Below are positions 1 to 11,242 of a stretch of 64,000 bases of DNA, piece after piece. The notes below the pieces were generated by a model that had not been told where the DNA came from, ran no database searches, and was given only the letters and a program-made list of their open reading frames with translations. How positions within the stretch are numbered: position 1 is the first letter of the stretch; each line of letters begins with the position of its first letter. Both the position numbers and the translations under genes were made by a program. Source of the stretch: Octopus sinensis (lineage: Eukaryota); NCBI RefSeq assembly GCF_006345805.1, contig NC_043001.1, positions 45,322,001-45,386,000 on the forward strand. The letters are read 5' to 3'.

Positions 1-2049
1 GTGTAAATATTGGTAAAATATTTTAATTTGTGTAGCATACACACAAAAAAAACCCAACAGTATGACAAAATTCATTAAGAATTACAAAATTATAGCCTTT
101 TTTTAAAGTATGAAATCATTACAAATTATGTTTAAAGAGGAATATAGATTACCAAAGTGGCTAGTGATTAACAAATAAGATTAATGGTGTACTCTGAAAA
201 GTTGTAAGGAAAGAAAATATATTCCTTTCAAAGTTATTAATAGAAAGACTAAATACGTAAATATAAAAATAAATCTGAAAGAAAACAACTATAAAAGAAC
301 ATAGACTATTTAGAGGATAAAACAACATCCTGCACATGCTTCTGCTCAGTTAACCATCATGAAAGACAAATCTTTGAAAATAATTTCAAAGAGACACAGA
401 TGGTTATCTTTACCATAGTTATCCTAAATGGTTTCTATTAAATACTGTATTCTAGTTTATTCAAATGTTTTCATAATGCCAAAGTTATTTATCACAGCAA
501 GAAGAAATAATAAAATATTAATAATAGAACATTAATTCAGAATGAATGACATTCTTTCAAAATAGACACAATTAAACCATAATAAATTAGAGATTAAAAA
601 ATGACTGAAAATGAAAAAATTGGAACCAGTAACATTATAATCTATAAGAGAATGTAAAACAGCAAGGTTAAAAGCATTGAATTGAAGTATCATTACATTG
701 TTTATTTATTTGCAAATTTAAACACTCTGATTTGATATTTTCAGAAATGCTATGTACTTCGCCCCCCCCCCATCTTTATTTTTTTCTTACAAAGATCCAC
801 TAACTTAAACCAATGGGTGATATGTGTAAGCTGCATATTTCAAAGTGTCATTTAGGAAATTAAAACAGTGAAAATAAAAAGTGGATTTCTTCTCTTTCTA
901 TTAAACAAAATATGAGATATTCCTTATGTGTCTTATATCAAAGACTAAGATATCAAAGACTAAGTATTACACATATACACCAAGTCAGAAAGGTAATGCT
1001 ATACAACCACTGGCCTCTGGCCTTTTATTGAACTATATCTTCTCTCTCTCTCTGTTGTTAATACAACTATCTCTGATTATCTAAACTTAGCAATTTCACA
1101 TATGCCCTACCTAAATCCATTTGATGTATCTGATTCTTTTCCATGATCCTCAGTGTTTATCACATCTACATCTATTAAATATTTTCCATTCCCCCTTCTA
1201 CAAAACAGTACTCCTGAAGCACTCTTTTCTAGTCCACATTCCATTTTCAACCACATGCATACAATTCAAGTGCAATATCTACTACATTAGCCTCTCTTGT
1301 TTATTTTGTTCTCAATGAGATAAAAAGTGAGAGAGAGAGAGAGAGAGAGCAAGAGAGAAGGAGGCTAACAAACCTGAGTACTGTACACCATCTCCAGACT
1401 AAGATAACCCAAAATATATAAATGAAAATTAAATCAGAAAAGTGCTGAATTCAAAACAGCAACTGTATTTGAAAAAGGAAAATCCAAGATATAAGAAATA
1501 GTATCTCTAATAAATAATTCTGTTAACTCTTCAGAGATTTTGAAAAGCTAACAAAACAGCAACCAAAACAACTAATCTTAGAATTACTGAAATGTTGGCC
1601 TTCGCTTCAATTCCAATGCAAGTAATCTACTGTGCTTTTCAACAGAGCAATTACACTTTGTAAGTTCAACAGACTATTAGGAATAATTGTCATGGTTATC
1701 TTTTTTGTTTCTTTTTTTTTTTTTTATTGATGAATGAAAATATCAGCCTGAAAAATAGGGGATTAATTTAGTTTTTTCATGCTGCTGAATGTAAAGATAA
1801 TTCTTAACTGTTGTTAGACAACAATATGCAAATTAGCTGACCAACTTATGAGTTAAGGAGCATTTTCTATACAGTTAAAAGCTATTATTCTCTTGATAAA
1901 AACGTTAAACGGAACTTAATGAGTTTGAAACTAGTTTTAAAGATAAAACTAGTTTTACAGATAAGAATGTAATTTTGCTGTGATATTGGTGTTTTTGTGG
2001 GTGGTGAAGAGTTTGAAGGAAATTCAAAATAGCTTCTATATATTTAGGC

Positions 2050-3060
2050 TTCTATTGGTCAACTTGGGTTAAATAGTATTAATGTTATCATGGTGATACC
2101 AGTTATTTGTTCAGATAGGATGTTAGCAGAACACTGGTACCACTTTGATGGTGGACTGTATCATACTATATTCAGCAACATCAGTTCCTAGTATTGGACA
2201 TCACACAAGGTAAGGCAAGAGGTTGGTGCGAGTCAGTAACTCAGTCACCATTCAGTGGATTTGAACACGTTAGCAGCAGCAGTCTTTATGTAGGAGTAAC
2301 CATTTTGATGGAATACATTTGAAGTTGCATGACCAGCATGGGTGAGCAGTCTATATGGACAGCAGGGATTAAATACCCCGTTTGTGTGAGTTCATTAGCT
2401 GGACCTAGGTTGGTATATCTGGGTTGTCAACAGCTAGAGGCTTGAAGTTCATACTTCTAGTGGCACCAATAAAATAATTCATCATTCTTTCTATTGATGA
2501 ACACTGTGGGTTGGTGTAGTATGTATAGTTTCTTGAGAAAGCAGGGTTGCCAATTACAAGCTCTAGGTGAGTAATGAGAGGCTCTATAAAGGATACTTCA
2601 CTTGATGTTAGGGGAAGTCATTTTATGATCACAGAGTCTCTAGAAAATGCAGGACAGGGAGATGGAATTTTTCCCTTATTTCTCCACCTGAAGGGGTGCA
2701 TATGTTGTGTATACTTTCCCTTAAAGTCATTGACTGTCATATCCATGTAGTAATTTGTGATGTGAGGATGGTTCTAGAGATAGGATCCTCCCAGTGGGCA
2801 GTTGATAGGATATTGTTAGATTGTAGGTTAGAGGCCGTGTAGGTGTGGGTTTGCATGAACCTAAAAATAATGAAAATTACTGGTACCACCATAATAGCAT
2901 TACTACCAAATGACCTGACCAATAGAAACTTAAACACCAAGGCATCTTGAATTTCCTTCAAATCCTCTATTGATGGGATGGGTGCATAGAACATGAGCCC
3001 AAAAGTCATGCGGAGCTAAGTCATACTGCTATCAAGTACATGTAACTCCAAGTATGTTGA
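2050..3060 (-). mobile_element. Decayed non-LTR retrotransposon ORF2 fragment, probably L1/Tx1-like
   Basis: Frameshifted translation includes LKEIQDALV..F(Y)WSGH, LHG..MTLRESIHNICTPSG and WQPCFLKKLYILHQPTVF; homologous to 9480-10200. Clade assignment is from recalled motifs. Confidence 0.45.
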
Positions 3061-3345
3061 AAGAGCCTTCCTTTGAATTGTTCACTCATGTGTGTGTGTG
3101 TGTGTGTGTGTGTGTGAAGTATATTAGTTACTGTGGTCTGTGTAAAGGTTTTATCATTCTTCCACTTTAATATTATAGAAGCTGAATAAGTGAATTGTTT
3201 AAAGAGAGCCTCATGATTTATGAAAGGGGTTAGCTTTAAATAATCTATTAGAATGCAAAGAAGTTAAATTTATTTCCAGTTTTAATTTGGACATAAATAC
3301 AAATTTCTTCACAATAAATTGTAGATAAAATAATTTTTGACTGAC

Positions 3346-3421
3346 CATCACGTTTCTCTCCTCTGTGGAGTGTTTTATACATTTGTTTGTACCAGTCATG
3401 TTGATTTTCCTCATCAATATT
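3346..3421 (-). CDS. SORBS: SORBS/CAP-like exon, 76 nt, phase 0-1, C-terminal half of the SoHo domain: NIDEENQHDWYKQMYKTLHRGEKRD
   Basis: Acceptor ttttttttttccag|AAT, donor GATG|gtcagt. DWYKQMYKTLH matches the recalled SoHo core DWYKTMFKQIH. Confidence 0.93.
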
Positions 3422-3614
3422 CTGGAAAAAAAAAATCAAATAGATTTAAACATTAGCGTCAACAATAACATATTAGCAATTGATAAGCAAACATGCAAAC
3501 AATAACTAAAAACTCAAAGAAACTAAAATGCAGGATATCATAAATCTATCTTTGTTTTCTTGCTGAAATTTTAATCTATTCAATTTCAAGTTTTTAAATT
3601 TTAAGAGTTTTGTT

Positions 3615-4200
3615 CATCATTCATCACCTTCATTTTTGTTATAATTTAGCATCCGCTTTTTCATGCTGACCCGAGTCATGTAGCTCTACTGATTAGCAAA
3701 TTGCCACTCAATTTTTTACTGTGTAGTTTGTGTATGTGAATTAACATCCTGAATCTAACTTCACTTTTTTCACAGTCTTTGATCTTCCTCTGATTTTTTA
3801 ATGTCCATCCACCTTTGATGCAAGCTAACATACATATTTAAATGATGACACATCTCATTCTCTCACAGCCTCTGCAGATCTTCTACATTCAATACACATG
3901 ATGATAACTGTGCAACACTGCATTTCACATGCATGCTTCATGCAGCCTCCTATTCGTACAGAGACAGAAATAGTTGTTTGCAAAGAGATTACATCTTCCT
4001 GAACTTCTTCCACTCTTTTCTTACTGAAGTTGTATACTTTCAGTATAGGTACCCTTATTAGTTATACCACCAGAATAACAAACTATTATTTCTAACAACC
4101 TCTCTAAGTTGGTCATGAATTTCATTTAATAGCTGTTCCAACACCAAACAACACCTGTGCATCTTTCACTAGCTCAATAGCTAGTCCTGACTGCAATGTT
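3615..4200 (-). mobile_element. Degenerate RTE LINE 3' fragment
   Basis: Reverse complement has remnants of RT C-terminal motifs (WKKFR...RL(Y/H)EAC...AVLH) and ends in a (cat)n-type tail, like 14704-15606. Confidence 0.55.
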
Positions 4201-4296
4201 GAATTTATGTCTAAATGATAGCTGTTTGAAATGGTTGTTATACAGAGCATGCGTTTTTTAAGAATTGTAGTTCATGAAGAATGACAAAAATATATT

Positions 4297-4874
4297 TTAA
4301 CCCAATAACATTGGTTGACATAAATTTACATTTGTTGTGTACTCACTTCGTCATCTGATTCGAAATGAGTACACAGCGATTGTAAATATATGCAGCCCTA
4401 TCTGCTGTGGTTTTGTATGTGTTTGTGTACCTGTTGATATAAATATCCACTATCACTCACAGAATCGATAATAGAGGCCACCATGCAAATTTCAAGGAAT
4501 CTAATAGGTTTATTTGAATCTTCATGTATTTATTTCCAACTCAGTTCAAGACTTCATCACCATAATAGTATAAAAACAGCAGTTTTGGCAGTTACACCAC
4601 TATTTCCACTATGACCGCCTATCAAATTCGTACACATTCAGCAAATTCTTCTGGTGCTTCATGGAATTTACAGTTGAATCCAGCTATGCCAGTTTCATTG
4701 AATTTATAGTCCTTGCAGTGATGACAGTTTACATAAATAAACAGTGCAAGCTTTAAAGCAGTTGACGTTAATATATGCCAAACCATTGTCATGTGCTAAT
4801 TGCTGATCTTGGCTGAGATGATTACCATCAGTGCAACATAGTTGCCTAATAAAAACCCATTGTCATAGGGTTAA
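4297..4874. mobile_element. piggyBac-type non-autonomous element (MITE, ~580 bp)
   Basis: TTAA at both ends; imperfect TIRs cccaataacattgg / ccctatgacaatgg (rc). Confidence 0.65.
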
Positions 4875-6712
4875 AAATAGATAAGTAAAACCTCTGCATT
4901 TCTAAAATTTTCACTTTGAAGAATTATCAAACATTGATTGCATTTATAAAAACATCAAATAAATTTAACAGGTCCTTTTGAAGTGATAAATGTCCAATAA
5001 CACTTATTGGATCATCTAGGAACAATTGCAGATTTCTTGTAGAAAAGGCAATATTAAAGAAGATTAAGAAAATGAAAACTCCCCTCCCCAGAATAATAGA
5101 TCAATTCAACATGTAACCACTGAGATTAGAACTTAAAAACAAGGGGACTAATGCCCATTAAGGAACTTCCCTAAGAAATTATCTTCTAATGTAATGGATA
5201 TCTGATTTGGTCAAAATGCATTAAAAAAGGCTGCTACTGGATTAGAAGTGATTACAAATATTTAAAAATCTACACACTGCTCTACTGAATAGAGTAAATG
5301 TAACAAGTTTTATATGGCTAATAACAGTTACCTACCATATATAACTAAAGAACATAAGACTCATTACTAAAGTCACTTAAACACCTACCAGAATACAGAC
5401 AAATAAAAATATTGGGAATTACTTTTGGAAGGATGTATCCTAATGAAATTTTTAAAACCATAAATTAATGGAAAAAAATAAGGCATGCTTATCATTTATG
5501 CATATGTAACAAAAAAAAAAAAAAATTTGATTCACCCATCTACCAAAACCAAAATTTAATGAGTTTGAGCCACTCACCCAATGAGTATTTCTGTGCCAAA
5601 TTTGGTGAAAATCCATTCAGCCTTTTCCCAGTAATTTTGCAAACACACAGATGAGTGACTGCAATATCCTGCTTTTGCTTACATGCACATGGTAACAATT
5701 GCAAAAAGCTTAATACTACACCTTGCCCCTCATTGCAACATACAAAGTAATACTTTCAGTACTATTTACAGTTGGTGTTTTACCATCAATTTTGTGTTTC
5801 AAACTTTTTCATTACTCTTCTGTGCTGAGCTTTGCAAAGGATAAAATGTGAGTTAAGTGAAATAGCTCAGGGAAATAAAATCAAGTACTAGACTTGAGAA
5901 AATTATGGAGTACAACTATTCTAAATGCAAGCCTTTAAGGTGATCTAACCAAAATTAACATTAAAAAGAGCACGAAATGAGAGAATGCTGATGATGATGT
6001 TGACTCTCATCAATTTAAAACTATCTCTAAGGATTAAGTTACTAGTATTTCAGGTTAGAAGATAAAGCCATTCACTACTGTCAAAGTTGAACCAATCTGC
6101 TCTGCATGATTATCTGACCTTAATTTAAAGACAGAAAGCTCTCTGACAAAACATGGACAAAGTCTTGTCAAAATATTCTTGATTACCAATTTAGTGCAAT
6201 CTAATATTGGATGATATCTGTTTTACCTTGCCAACTATAGCAACAACAGCCTTGGCTTGTTGTAACAAATGAAATGAGAGTTGGTTGTTGCTTAATGATA
6301 ACAACAACAACTAATATGACAGAAGGCAAATTGATAGATAACTGGAGTTACAAATCAGAACAATATAATACTAATAAACAAAATAAAGACATGTGGCATG
6401 TATAAAAAAGGTTAAGCCTGCAGTTAACCAAGTCTATAACTGTTTTTGATTCCATAGATTAAAGCCACTTACACTTCATTCTTCTCATCTATAAATGATG
6501 TGGCCATCAATATCATGATTACTGTTACTAATTAAGATGACAGACATAACTGATAGAGTAGCAGACTAAGCTAAATGCTTTACATTATCTACTAGCTAAA
6601 TATACTTTGCCTAAACTGAGCCAATGACAGAATTTCAATATGATTGTGAACCTATTACAAATAGCAGCCAAACCTCCCTCAGATCATTTCCATCTAACTT
6701 TAGCATTGAGGA

Positions 6713-6932
6713 TTAACCCTTTAGCATTTAAACCATCCATATCCAGCCAGCATATTCTACCTATTTTATGTTCAAACTGACTAGATCAGGCCTCTCGCTC
6801 TTATCCTACAACATCATTCTAAAAATAAATGGTCATATCCTCAAAATTTCAAGATCATGTGTGATTAATTCAAAACAATGTGAATAAATAAGTATTACAC
6901 TTGATAGAGTAATGTGAATACTAAAGGGTTAA
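6713..6932. mobile_element. TTAA MITE family 1 (~220 bp)
   Basis: TTAA-ccctttagcatt ... aatactaaaggg-TTAA; second copy at 34113-34565. Confidence 0.8.
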
Positions 6933-7541
6933 TGGAGAAAAGCCTAAAAATGAACCATGTCAAAAAGCAACATTGAGGATGTGAATATTTGTTTGGAATC
7001 CCCAGCATCTTTTGACCAGCCAGTGCATGGATCACAACACACACTTATCTTGACCTGTTCTTGCCACAGAGAGACAAACAATTGTGACTTCTTGAAAGAG
7101 TGTTATTAGTAACTTGTAAAAGTCAGCAATGCTTAGAAAAAGGGAGAAGAATCATCTGGAAGTAGCCTTCAGGGTTACATACACTCACACCTTCAAAAAA
7201 ATACTTGGCATATAGGGTTGACTAACTATGAAGGTAGTCATGATTGTATGCAACTGACAAGTGGATGGGGTGGGTGGGAAAAAGACAATATATCTGAAAA
7301 AAATCAGATGGCCAAGACAATTTTTTTTTTATCGTGGATGTAAGGGAACCTGGACTAAAAACCAACTTATTTCTTCATGAGTCCAGAAGAGATGAAAAGC
7401 ACAGCAGAGACCATTGAAATTTGAACATAGAATGCAGAAGAGCAAAATTAAATAACAGTACAGTATTTTAAATAGTCATACATAAAATTCTAAAAATTCA
7501 AGCACTCATGAACCAAACAATCTAGTTAAGTAGTAGTTTTA

Positions 7542-7875
7542 TAGTTAAATACTAAGTTTCATAGTAAATACCAATTTCTTAGCTAAATACCAGGTTTTGT
7601 TAGATAACTACTGAGATTATTAGCAGAATACCAAGTTGAAGTTTGTTAGATATGTACTGAGATTATTGGCTGAATAGCTAAGTACAGAGTGTGATAACTA
7701 AGTACTGGATTTAATAGCTAAGTACCATGTTTCATAGTAAAACACTGAATTTCATACTTAATACCAAATTTCTTAGTTATTTTGATAGCTAACTTACTTA
7801 ACAAAGTACCAAATTTGCATATTACATCTGATAGATAAATTCTGAGTTAGACTTTATTAGTTAAGTATCAAGTCT
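7542..7875. repeat. Degenerate ~20-bp minisatellite (consensus near tagctaaatacyragtttca)
   Basis: More than a dozen units, e.g. tagttaaatactaagtttca, tagctaaataccaggttttgt, tagataactactgagattat, tagctaagtaccatgtttca. Confidence 0.7.
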
Positions 7876-8591
7876 GTTTATCCATAGACTGTTGACAAGG
7901 TAAACAAGAAATGAGTAAGTCGATATAGTACTGGAATACTAATAACAGAAATATAGATATCAAGTTCAATGCATACAAGTATTTTCTTTTATATTTGAGT
8001 AAGATGACAGAGTTGATAAGAATGAGAGTTGATGATTTTGTAGAAGCAAGTAGCTAAACACTAAAGTTAATTTTTCAACCTGTCACAAGTTATTTGCTAT
8101 GCCCATAACTAAAACAATTAACCTTTTTGCCACTGTTCACTTAGCTGTAAACAGATGATGCCATAGTGAGGTCATCATACAACTAATGATTTTTTTCACT
8201 GAGTCAGGAAGGTATGCTGGTAAGAATTGTTAGAACGTGAAACAAATTGTTTTGCAATATTTTGTTATAGCCTTTCACATTTTAAATTCAGATCATATAT
8301 GAAGATGTAAACTTAGCCTTTAAGTCTGTCAGGACTGATAAAATTTAAGTACTAGTCAAATTCTAGGATCAATTTCTATTACCATAAAAGATACTAGATT
8401 GATGTTAAGGACAAAGGCAAAGATACTTTGCAATGCTGAAGTGAAGGGAAATGTTTCTTCCTGCTAAGTCATTCAGTCTCATTGCCCTTTGATGGATAAT
8501 TTTAAGTAAAAGTCAAGCAGCTGATTATATTCATTACATTTGTTTCAATATAAATTGCATCTTAATTTGTAACTTTTTTTTAAAAAATACT

Positions 8592-8819
8592 TTAACCCTT
8601 TCGTTACCAACCCGGCTGAAACCGGCTCTGGCTCTGAGTACAAAAGTCTTGTTTTCATAAGTTTTGAATTAAAATCTTCCACCAAACCTTAGTCACAATT
8701 TATGTTCCTAACTCTAGCTGAATGATAACTAAGTTATTTTACTAAATTCTTTGTTATATTTAAAGTAATCGAAAGAAACACAGAGCATCTCAAAATAAAT
8801 ACAGTAATGAAAGGGTTAA
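8592..8819. mobile_element. TTAA MITE family 2 (~228 bp), well preserved
   Basis: TTAA-ccctttcgttac ... gtaatgaaaggg-TTAA; related copies at 42567-42797 and 30394-30545. Confidence 0.85.
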
Positions 8820-9167
8820 TCAGGAGAAAATGCAACACTTATGATGCTGCCTTTTTTAGAGGATCCATGTCTGGTGGGAATGGACAAAATTATCTTTAGA
8901 TGAAAGACCTAGTCCAAATGCTTGCAGCAGACTAAACACCTCTAAAAGCATCCAAGAGCCAGGTGGTAGGCTTAAACTAGGCAATGGAAAAAACCCCCAA
9001 AAAACAGACATACATTTCTAAAAAGACATGTTGTTAATATAATGAGCTCTAGCATATACCTGGTACTTAATTTTAGGTATTCTCTGAAGATGAAAATGTA
9101 CTGAGAAAACTAACATGCATTTTATAGGTTGGTTGTATTTTTTAATTAAAAAAAAAATTTAACTCAC

Positions 9168-9361
9168 CATACGAAATGCTAATGGAATTCCCTGATTGTC
9201 TAGAGGACCAATGCCCTCATATTTCTTCTTCTGTTCAATAACTTTCTTTTTAGAGGTTTTTTCTTCAACGGGAACACCATAATAATCATCAGTGTGTTTT
9301 AAACCATCTTCAATTGTTTCTTTTGTACCTAAATACATAGCACCTTTAGGAATTTCTCCAG
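9168..9361 (-). CDS. SORBS: SORBS/CAP-like exon, 194 nt, phase 1-0, N-terminal half of the SoHo domain: (A)GEIPKGAMYLGTKETIEDG...KKKYEGIGPLDNQGIPLAFRM
   Basis: Acceptor ttcttgtttttctag|CT, donor ATG|gtgagt. YEGIGPLDxxGIP matches the recalled SoHo signature (GIGPVDESGIP in vertebrate SORBS). Confidence 0.93.
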
Positions 9362-9479
9362 CTAGAAAAACAAGAAGCAAAAAACAAAAGTTTTTATTTA
9401 ATAGCAACTCAAAACAAGAGTATCTATTATATATATGTATATACACATAAGAGTGTATTTAATTGATCAAATGTTCACA

Positions 9480-10200
9480 ATAAGTGAAGCCTTAGCTACA
9501 TTTGGTCAGCAGGTGGATCCTTAGTGCTAGTTGGTAAGCTTGGTTTCCACTGGTCAAGTCAGATCGCACAATGAAAATTATTGTAGATTGCTAGCTTGAA
9601 TTACTGCAAGACACTATTTGAACATTAGGTATTACTAGGATGTAGAGGAAGCAAATCTATCAAGATTTACTTTCATTTGAAAGGGGGTTAAATCTTCAAT
9701 TGTTCCTGAGTGTTTTTCTTGAGTCAGTTGAACCTGGTCTGAGAGAAATCCTCATCTATAACAGTAAGGGGAGATGACTTCAGAGTGCCTATTAAAAATA
9801 CTGAAGGCTGCTTCAGGATATGCAGTTTCTCAGAGAAGCACGACCTCCACTAATGGTGTAGGAAGGGACTATGTCAGAAATTTTATAAGTATAGTGGATC
9901 AGTCACACATTTGGTCTCTAAAGCTTCCAAATGAAATACGACAGGGAAGTGGAGTTTTGACCCTGTAAGTAGACCTGAAGAAGTGCAGATGTTAATAAAA
10001 CCATCCCTAAAAGTCATTGCTGGTAATCCATGTAATATTTCTTTGATTATCATCTGATGGAATGAGTAGTGATCTATATACCACAGCTTTGGAAAGACAG
10101 AATCCCCTTCAGTATGCAGGTAGCTCAAATTCAAGAATTGCAGGTGGGATGCTAAGGTAAGGGCAGAGTTGATGTATTCTTTCAGGTGTAGTATATAATG
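9480..10200 (-). mobile_element. Second decayed copy of the same L1/Tx1-like ORF2 region
   Basis: ORF 9883..10134 (ILHGLPAMTFRDGFINICTSSG) plus the downstream frame WRSCFSEKLHILKQPSVF align with 2050-3060, with many synonymous differences. Confidence 0.45.
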
Positions 10201-11062
10201 CTGAAAGTGATATTATCTAGGAAAGAGAGAGAGAGAGCAATAAAGAGAGACAGAGAAAATAATTAATTCAATACAGTGCCACATAAAATATCAACCAAAT
10301 CTACTGCAAACCATGTCCTGCCATTTAAAAAAAAATTATACATTAGATAACATAATCCAGAGAACAATATTCCTGACAAAAAAAAAAAGATGAGGTAGTC
10401 ATGACTGGAACAATTTTTTTTATCATAGGTCTGCTCAATAAAGGACAATTTGAAAGTTAAGCAACAACAACAATCTACCAAGAGGCCAGCGATTCATATT
10501 CTGCTACCTGTATCACTCTGCATCTGTGTTTAAGAAACATAACTCTCAATAGTCAAATCTTTTTTTGTTGCCATAGATCACTCCTAGAAGCAATGGCAAC
10601 ATTTAGAAAAATGGTGTGTTTTGTTCACTTGCAGTGCTGAATTTAACTTTGCCCATGGGAATATGTTTCCTTCTTTTGAGATAAGGAAAGTACAGGGTTT
10701 AGGTGAAACATCCATCATTGTAAAAAAATACAAAATGTTGCAAAACCTGAAGAAGCAAAAGCTGTGCATTGTTGATGAGCTTCAAATCAACTCTGACATC
10801 CAACAAGCCTTTAATCAAACTGTTATTGAAAGGGTATGCAGGACTACAGTAGGTCATGTATCATTTTCTTATTCAAAACAGAGTTTGATTTGAGGGATGT
10901 TTAACTACTATTTCTAAAAGGTTGAGCAACCACATAGAGGTTCTCTCCATGGCTCAAAGATGTTTATGTAAAAACTATATGTGAATAAAAACACTGGGCG
11001 GAGATGTGAACAAATCAGAACACACACACACATAAAATATATTAACAATTATTTATCCAAAG

Positions 11063-11242
11063 ACAGCAAGCTAACAGAACCAGTAGCATACCTTGCAAAA
11101 TGCTTAGTTCAAATTCCACTAAGGTCAACTCTGCCTTTCATCCTTTCAGTGTCAATAAAACTGACCAGTTGACCATTGGGGTTGATGTAATTAACTTACC
11201 CCTCCCTTGAAATTGCTGGCATTGTGCCAAAATTTTAAACCA
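11063..11242 (+). mobile_element. SINE family A copy
   Basis: Same head, gttcaaattcc box and tgcctttcatcc...accagt core. Further + copies near 8210, 13365, 20140, 31720, 34700, 37330, 37720 and 62770. Confidence 0.8.

Noticed and set aside
10182-10216. Strong-looking acceptor (tctctctttcctag) at 10217 as an extra exon
   Set aside because: The phase-1 reading stops after 11 codons and runs into a retroelement relic; the pyrimidine tract is a (GA)n microsatellite.
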